In this document: piece by piece, positions 59,529-64,000 of the stretch
How positions within the stretch are numbered: the stretch's first letter is position 1
Layout of the letters: each line of letters starts with the position of its first letter
Source: Candidatus Woesearchaeota archaeon
GTDB taxonomy: Archaea > Nanobdellota > Nanobdellia > SCGC-AAA011-G17 > JACPNG01
Length of the DNA: 64,000 bases
Direction: 5' to 3'
Assembly (NCBI GenBank): GCA_964455655.1
Contig: CAYVWZ010000002.1
Coordinates: 24,502 to 88,501, forward strand
Program-made: the position numbers and the translations under genes
The notes under the pieces: model-generated
Databases searched by the model: none
What the model saw: the letters and a program-made list of their open reading frames with translations, nothing else
What the model was told of the DNA's origin: nothing

Positions 59529-59984
59529 ATGGCACGAATGTATTCACGAAAGAAAGGGCAAGCAGGAAGCACCAAAGTATACAGAGCTAAAGCTCCAACA
59601 TGGTCTCAACATAATGCAAAAGAAGTAGAACAACTCATTCTCAAACTCTCCAAAAACGGATTAAGCGCAAGCCAAATAGGCGCACAACTAAGAGATATTT
59701 ACGGAGTACCTGATGTACGCTTAGTAACAGGAAAGAAAATTAGCGCAACACTAGCAGAAAACAAAGCAGCACCAGATGTTCCAGAAGACTTAATCGCACT
59801 CGTAAGAACAGAAGTAAATATTCTCAAACACAACGGAACTCACAAACACGACATGGTTGGAAATAGAGGACAACAACTCACTGAAGCAAAAATCCAACGC
59901 TTAGCATACTACTACAAAAAGAAAGGAAAATTACCAGCAGACTGGAAATTCGATCTTGAAAAAGCTAAGCTCCTCATCGGTTAA
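59529..59984 (+). CDS. rps15: 30S ribosomal protein S15 (S13e)
   Basis: MARMYSRKKGQAGS...AYYYKKKGKLPADW matches archaeal S15. Confidence 0.85.
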   Translation: MARMYSRKKGQAGSTKVYRAKAPTWSQHNAKEVEQLILKLSKNGLSASQIGAQLRDIYGVPDVRLVTGKKISATLAENKAAPDVPEDLIALVRTEVNILKHNGTHKHDMVGNRGQQLTEAKIQRLAYYYKKKGKLPADWKFDLEKAKLLIG

Positions 59985-59998
59985 GCACATTTCTTCTT

Positions 59999-61357
59999 AT
60001 GCACTCAACCGCTCAACCTATTCAAGAGGCTGTAAGCATTATTCGGAACCTGGGAACACAGAAACCATTACGAATAATCTTACCCTTATCTGTTGAGGGA
60101 TTAATCACTGCAACATTTCTTACAAAAACACTAACAGAAATCAACACCAAATTTGCATTAAGCTTTTTATCAAACATCACAGAAGACTCTTTAAAAAATT
60201 TAAGCAGAGAACATTATTATGGCGCATACTTATTTGTAGGAATAGAACCAGAACATCTTAAACACGTAGAAAAACTCGGAAAAGAAAAACCATTCATTAG
60301 CATTCATCCAACAATATCAAAAATATCAGGAGTACACATTTACGCAGAAGATGTATTCCAAGACAGCATCATTCTTACCTATTCTTTATGCAGAGAACTC
60401 TATTCAGAGATTAAGAACTTATCATACCTCCTCTTAATCTCAAGAGAGAACGCCCCCGAAGCAATATTTAACGAAGCACAAGACCACATTACTATCAAAG
60501 AAGGATTAACACTCTTTAATTCACCAACAAGACCGTTACATAAAGCACTAGAATATTCCTACAAACCCTACATTCAAGGAATAACAGGAAATGAACAAGC
60601 AGCAATAAACTTACTCGCAGAATTAAACATCCCCCTAAAACGAGCAGATGGCCTATACAAACGATTAATTGATCTAACTCATGAAGAACTAAAAATGCTT
60701 GTCACCCCAATACTCATTAATAGACTAGGAAATGAAGAAACATCAGAAAAATTATATGGAAAAATCTTATTATTAACACACGAAGAAGAAGACTCACCAT
60801 TCAAAGCATTACGAGAATATGAATCATTACTCCAATGCTGCGTTGTCTTAAATAAACCAACATTAGCAATCAGCACTTGCTTAGGAAATCCCTCATCAAA
60901 ACGAGAAGCACTACAAGTACTTACAAGTTACCATAGAGATATTATCAATGCATTAACATGGTTTGTTACAAACAGAAAAACACACCTTGTACAAGAACAT
61001 AGAGGTTACGTTATTATTACCACAGAAGAACAAGTATCCCCAACATTACTCCCCACACTTACTACCCTAATCAAAAAAACAAATCTTTATCCAGAGACAT
61101 TAATTATGATGATTGGACACGCTCTTGAAGAGCTCAACGTTATCCTTACAAGCACGCATCATCATACCCTAGAAGAACTCGAAAATATTCTTAAGACCAT
61201 AACCAAGAAAATAGGGGACTACTACCATAGCACAAACCACACCAGCTGCTCCGTGCTTATACCCCTAGAAAAAGAGGGAGAACTCCTCAAAAGCGCCCAC
61301 GAAATCCTAGCGCATTATGCCTTAGAAGAGGCTGTAGCCGTAAAGAAACCTTTATAA
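59999..61357 (+). CDS. RecJ/Cdc45-like DHH-superfamily protein with degenerate catalytic motifs (GAN/Cdc45-type)
   Basis: Position between S15 and S3Ae matches the conserved archaeal S15-RecJ-like-S3Ae synteny. Where DHH motif I/III would be expected, the sequence reads ILPLSVEGLITATFL and ISIHPT. Confidence 0.35.
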   Translation: MHSTAQPIQEAVSIIRNLGTQKPLRIILPLSVEGLITATFLTKTLTEINTKFALSFLSNITEDSLKNLSREHYYGAYLFVGIEPEHLKHVEKLGKEKPFISIHPTISKISGVHIYAEDVFQDSIILTYSLCRELYSEIKNLSYLLLISRENAPEAIFNEAQDHITIKEGLTLFNSPTRPLHKALEYSYKPYIQGITGNEQAAINLLAELNIPLKRADGLYKRLIDLTHEELKMLVTPILINRLGNEETSEKLYGKILLLTHEEEDSPFKALREYESLLQCCVVLNKPTLAISTCLGNPSSKREALQVLTSYHRDIINALTWFVTNRKTHLVQEHRGYVIITTEEQVSPTLLPTLTTLIKKTNLYPETLIMMIGHALEELNVILTSTHHHTLEELENILKTITKKIGDYYHSTNHTSCSVLIPLEKEGELLKSAHEILAHYALEEAVAVKKPL

Positions 61358-61381
61358 ACAGACCTTTGGGAAACCAATACC

Positions 61382-61936
61382 ATGGCAGTCGCTAAGAAAA
61401 AACGATGGTTTAAGATCATCGCACCACAATCATTCAGGAACAGCCTCATAGGAGAAACACCTAGCGGAGAAGCTGAAAGCCTAGTAGGAAAGAATGCATC
61501 AGTAAATGCAATGAGCCTCCTCAGCGACCCAAGAAAACAAAACTTACGACTAACATTCAAAATCAAAGAAGTACGATCAGACCAAGCACAAACAGAACTC
61601 TTACGCTACGAAATGCTCGGATCACACGTTAAAAGATTCTCAAGAAAAGGAGCAGAAAAAATAGAAGACTCCTTTGTTGCAAAAACAAAAACAGGAGAAG
61701 CAATTAGAATCAAACCAGTACTCACCACAAAATCAAAGATTGCTAATTCACTTAAGACAGCATTAAGAAAATCATTACAAGAGTTCGTAACCGCTGACCT
61801 TAAAGAAAAAAATTATGATGAATTCGTATTAGATGTTCTCAGCGCAAAAACACAGAGAGCAGCAAAAGATAACCTCAAAAAACTCTACCCTGTAGGTATT
61901 TGCGAATTCAGAAAAATAGAAAAAGTAAGCGCTTAG
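61382..61936 (+). CDS. rps3ae: 30S ribosomal protein S3Ae (S1e)
   Basis: MAVAKKKRWFKIIAPQSFRN...GKNASVNAMSLLSD, about 185 aa. GGAAAC-type RBS. Confidence 0.75.
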   Translation: MAVAKKKRWFKIIAPQSFRNSLIGETPSGEAESLVGKNASVNAMSLLSDPRKQNLRLTFKIKEVRSDQAQTELLRYEMLGSHVKRFSRKGAEKIEDSFVAKTKTGEAIRIKPVLTTKSKIANSLKTALRKSLQEFVTADLKEKNYDEFVLDVLSAKTQRAAKDNLKKLYPVGICEFRKIEKVSA

Positions 61937-61980
61937 AAATTCTTAAATATGCTTAACCTCTGAACAAACACCAAATAGAT

Positions 61981-62052
61981 GCCTCTGTAGCACAACGGTG
62001 GTGCGCCAGTTTTGTAAACTGGAGGTTGGGGGTTCAAATCCCTCCAGAGGCT
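61981..62052 (+). tRNA. tRNA-Thr (anticodon TGT)
   Basis: Acceptor GCCTCTG/CAGAGGC, D-arm GCAC/GTGC, anticodon loop UUUGUAA, T-arm GGGGGTTCAAATCCCTC. 72 nt. Confidence 0.85.
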
Positions 62053-62085
62053 TACTTTTTTATAGTTTACACTTATTACTACGAT

Positions 62086-62817
62086 ATGTTTTGGAAAAAT
62101 TGGAAAAATATTTCGGCTCAAGAGAAAGATGCTATTCTTGTTATACAGCGCGGATTTAATATTGTTAAGAAATCAATCCCTGCAAAAGAAATTGTATCAA
62201 TATATGCTAAAGGAAGCTTCCCTCGAAGACAAATGGTTAAAGGAAGCGACATTGATATTGTCGTTATCCTTAAAACTTCAAAATATATACCCTCTCTAAA
62301 TATTGTAGGGAATAGAACCTATAAAGAAAGCGATAAGATACCAATAGAGATTCGAGGATATACACTTTCTGAACTTAAGACTGGGAAACGTCTAAAAACT
62401 ATATCTAGCAGAACACCGCCAGAACTATTTGTAAAAACACTACCCTTTCATCAACTCTTATTCGGAAAAGACCTCAAAACTGAGAAACTTGTTACTTCGT
62501 CAAACCGTCAAGATCTTAAAGGAATGATCCATATTGTAGAAAAAGGATTTCTTCCTCGATATAAACAAGGAACATTCCCCTTCCACGAACTCGCAAAACA
62601 GGTTTTTTGGCTCGCAGATAACGAACTTCGTCTCAAAGGAATAACCCCACCAATTCAATGGAGAGACCTTTCTAAATTTTATGATAAAAATCATATTGTT
62701 CAAGATGCTTTGCGCTACAGAGAACAATCACAAAAGAACATTGACAAAAAAAGATTTGTTAAAAGAATAGAACTCTATTGCAAAAGCTTAAAGAATGAAT
62801 TAAATAAACTCCAATAA
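62086..62817 (+). CDS. nucleotidyltransferase (Pol-beta superfamily) domain protein
   Basis: GSFPRRQMVKGSDIDIVVIL is the NTase GS...D.D motif. The track ORF start at 62026 runs through the tRNA; the likely true start is the ATG at 62086. Confidence 0.5.
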   Translation: MFWKNWKNISAQEKDAILVIQRGFNIVKKSIPAKEIVSIYAKGSFPRRQMVKGSDIDIVVILKTSKYIPSLNIVGNRTYKESDKIPIEIRGYTLSELKTGKRLKTISSRTPPELFVKTLPFHQLLFGKDLKTEKLVTSSNRQDLKGMIHIVEKGFLPRYKQGTFPFHELAKQVFWLADNELRLKGITPPIQWRDLSKFYDKNHIVQDALRYREQSQKNIDKKRFVKRIELYCKSLKNELNKLQ

Positions 62818-63996
62818 AATAAACACGATCATTCCTAAAGAAGTTAATACACCAAACAATGCAGTAATAGAGAATTTTCCAATATTAAACGGAGCCCTAA
62901 ACTCGCCATGATTATTATTGAACTTATACCTCACTAAAATCAAACTTAAATTAACAAACGCAAACACAACAAACAATAACAAATTCGCAATCGTAGCAAC
63001 AATAGACAAATTACCAATAGTCATAAACGCAATACTCACTAACAAAACAATACCTATTGCTAAGTGAGGCGTTTTTCTTTTCTTATGAACCTTACTAAAT
63101 GCTAAAGGAAGAGAATTTCTCTTTGCCATACCATAAATCATACGAGAAGTAGTAACCATTGTCATCAGAACAGTATTTGATGTTGAGAACAGCGCAATAA
63201 TACCAATCATAACAAACATCCACGCACCAACATGGAACGCAGCAGCACTCGCTAGAGGAGCATGAGAACTTGCTAGCCCATTCCATGAAAGTAAATTAAC
63301 CGCAGCAATAGCAACCGTAACATAGAGAAGTGTTGTAATTAAAATTGCATACATCATACCTCTTGGAATAGTACGCTGAGGATTCTTTGCTTCTTCTCTT
63401 AATTTGATCATACTTTCAAAACCCATAAACGCAAAAAACACTAATGCCGCACCCTGAAGAACACCATTAAAACCAAACGGCATATCTAACAAGTTCACTT
63501 TACCAACATTTGGAATCGCAATAATAATGATAATAACTAACCCAATAAATTCAATAATCGTGCTTACAAGATTAAACCAACTTGATTCACGAATACCAAT
63601 AAAATTGATCAAACTCATAATAGCGAGCAATAGAGCAGCACCAATCCAAATAGGAACAGGAATTAATTCAGAAACATAACCACCAAAACCTAATGCAACA
63701 GTAGCAGCACTCACAATACCTGCAAGAATCATTGTAACACCAACAAAAATAGCTAGAGGTTTATTCATTGTTGAAGCAATGTAAGAATATTCGCCAGAAT
63801 CACCTTTAAACTTAGAAGATAACTCTGCATAAGATATACCTGTGAGCAGTGCAATAATTGCTGCAATCAAGAAACTTAACCATGTTGCATTACCAGCCTT
63901 ACCAGCAGCAATACCTATGAGTGCATAAATACCAGCACCTAAAATCATACCCACACCAGCAGCAACAATTTGGAATAGGCCTAATTCACGACGCAA
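62800..63996 (-). CDS. amino acid permease (APC superfamily transporter)
   Basis: At least 12 TM helices. GLFQIVAAGVGMILGAGIYALIG and FAFMGFE motifs. Its N-terminus is at the window edge and may extend beyond it. Confidence 0.75.
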   Translation of the reverse strand: MRRELGLFQIVAAGVGMILGAGIYALIGIAAGKAGNATWLSFLIAAIIALLTGISYAELSSKFKGDSGEYSYIASTMNKPLAIFVGVTMILAGIVSAATVALGFGGYVSELIPVPIWIGAALLLAIMSLINFIGIRESSWFNLVSTIIEFIGLVIIIIIAIPNVGKVNLLDMPFGFNGVLQGAALVFFAFMGFESMIKLREEAKNPQRTIPRGMMYAILITTLLYVTVAIAAVNLLSWNGLASSHAPLASAAAFHVGAWMFVMIGIIALFSTSNTVLMTMVTTSRMIYGMAKRNSLPLAFSKVHKKRKTPHLAIGIVLLVSIAFMTIGNLSIVATIANLLLFVVFAFVNLSLILVRYKFNNNHGEFRAPFNIGKFSITALFGVLTSLGMIVFILLEFI

Positions 63997-64000
63997 TGAC

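Overview
This window reads as a low-GC archaeal chromosome segment, most likely from a DPANN-type lineage (Woese-/Pace-/Nanoarchaeota-like). The archaeal assignment rests on three kinds of evidence. Information-processing genes: RadA, an RPA-like ssDNA-binding protein, a Gins51-like protein, Pelota, Bud32, aIF2-alpha, aEF-1beta, Nop10, FtsY and SRP54. Archaeal/eukaryotic-type ribosomal proteins: S27e, L44e, S15 and S3Ae. Three tRNAs: Arg-GCG, Gln-TTG and Thr-TGT. The accessory content is dominated by cell-surface and secretion genes. At least eight proteins carry archaeal class-III (type IV pilin-like) signal peptides with KKG or K/RGQ-VT cleavage motifs. A PibD/FlaK-type prepilin peptidase is present. 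Three peptidoglycan-hydrolase domains are fused to archaeal secretion signals: one M23 peptidase and two SLT lytic transglycosylases. Two paralogous cassettes each pair a small pilin-like protein with a translationally coupled giant surface protein of 1315 aa and 1735 aa; these carry Cys-rich DNDCDG metal-binding-like repeats, a C-terminal TM anchor and KAGW-repeat cytoplasmic tails. Other notable items are a standalone GGDEF diguanylate-cyclase domain gene in a GC-elevated segment, and a 1.29-kb IS-like element with 9-bp target-site duplications, 12-bp terminal inverted repeats and a truncated IS4/IS5 YREK transposase. That element lies in the gap separating the usually adjacent L44e and S27e genes. 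A small PC4-like ORF with a duplicated 20-nt leader motif sits upstream of radA. There is a degenerate-DHH RecJ/Cdc45-like gene between S15 and S3Ae, and several candidate frameshifts or degenerate motifs (GNAT, HIT, RadA Walker A). No CRISPR array and no rRNA were seen.
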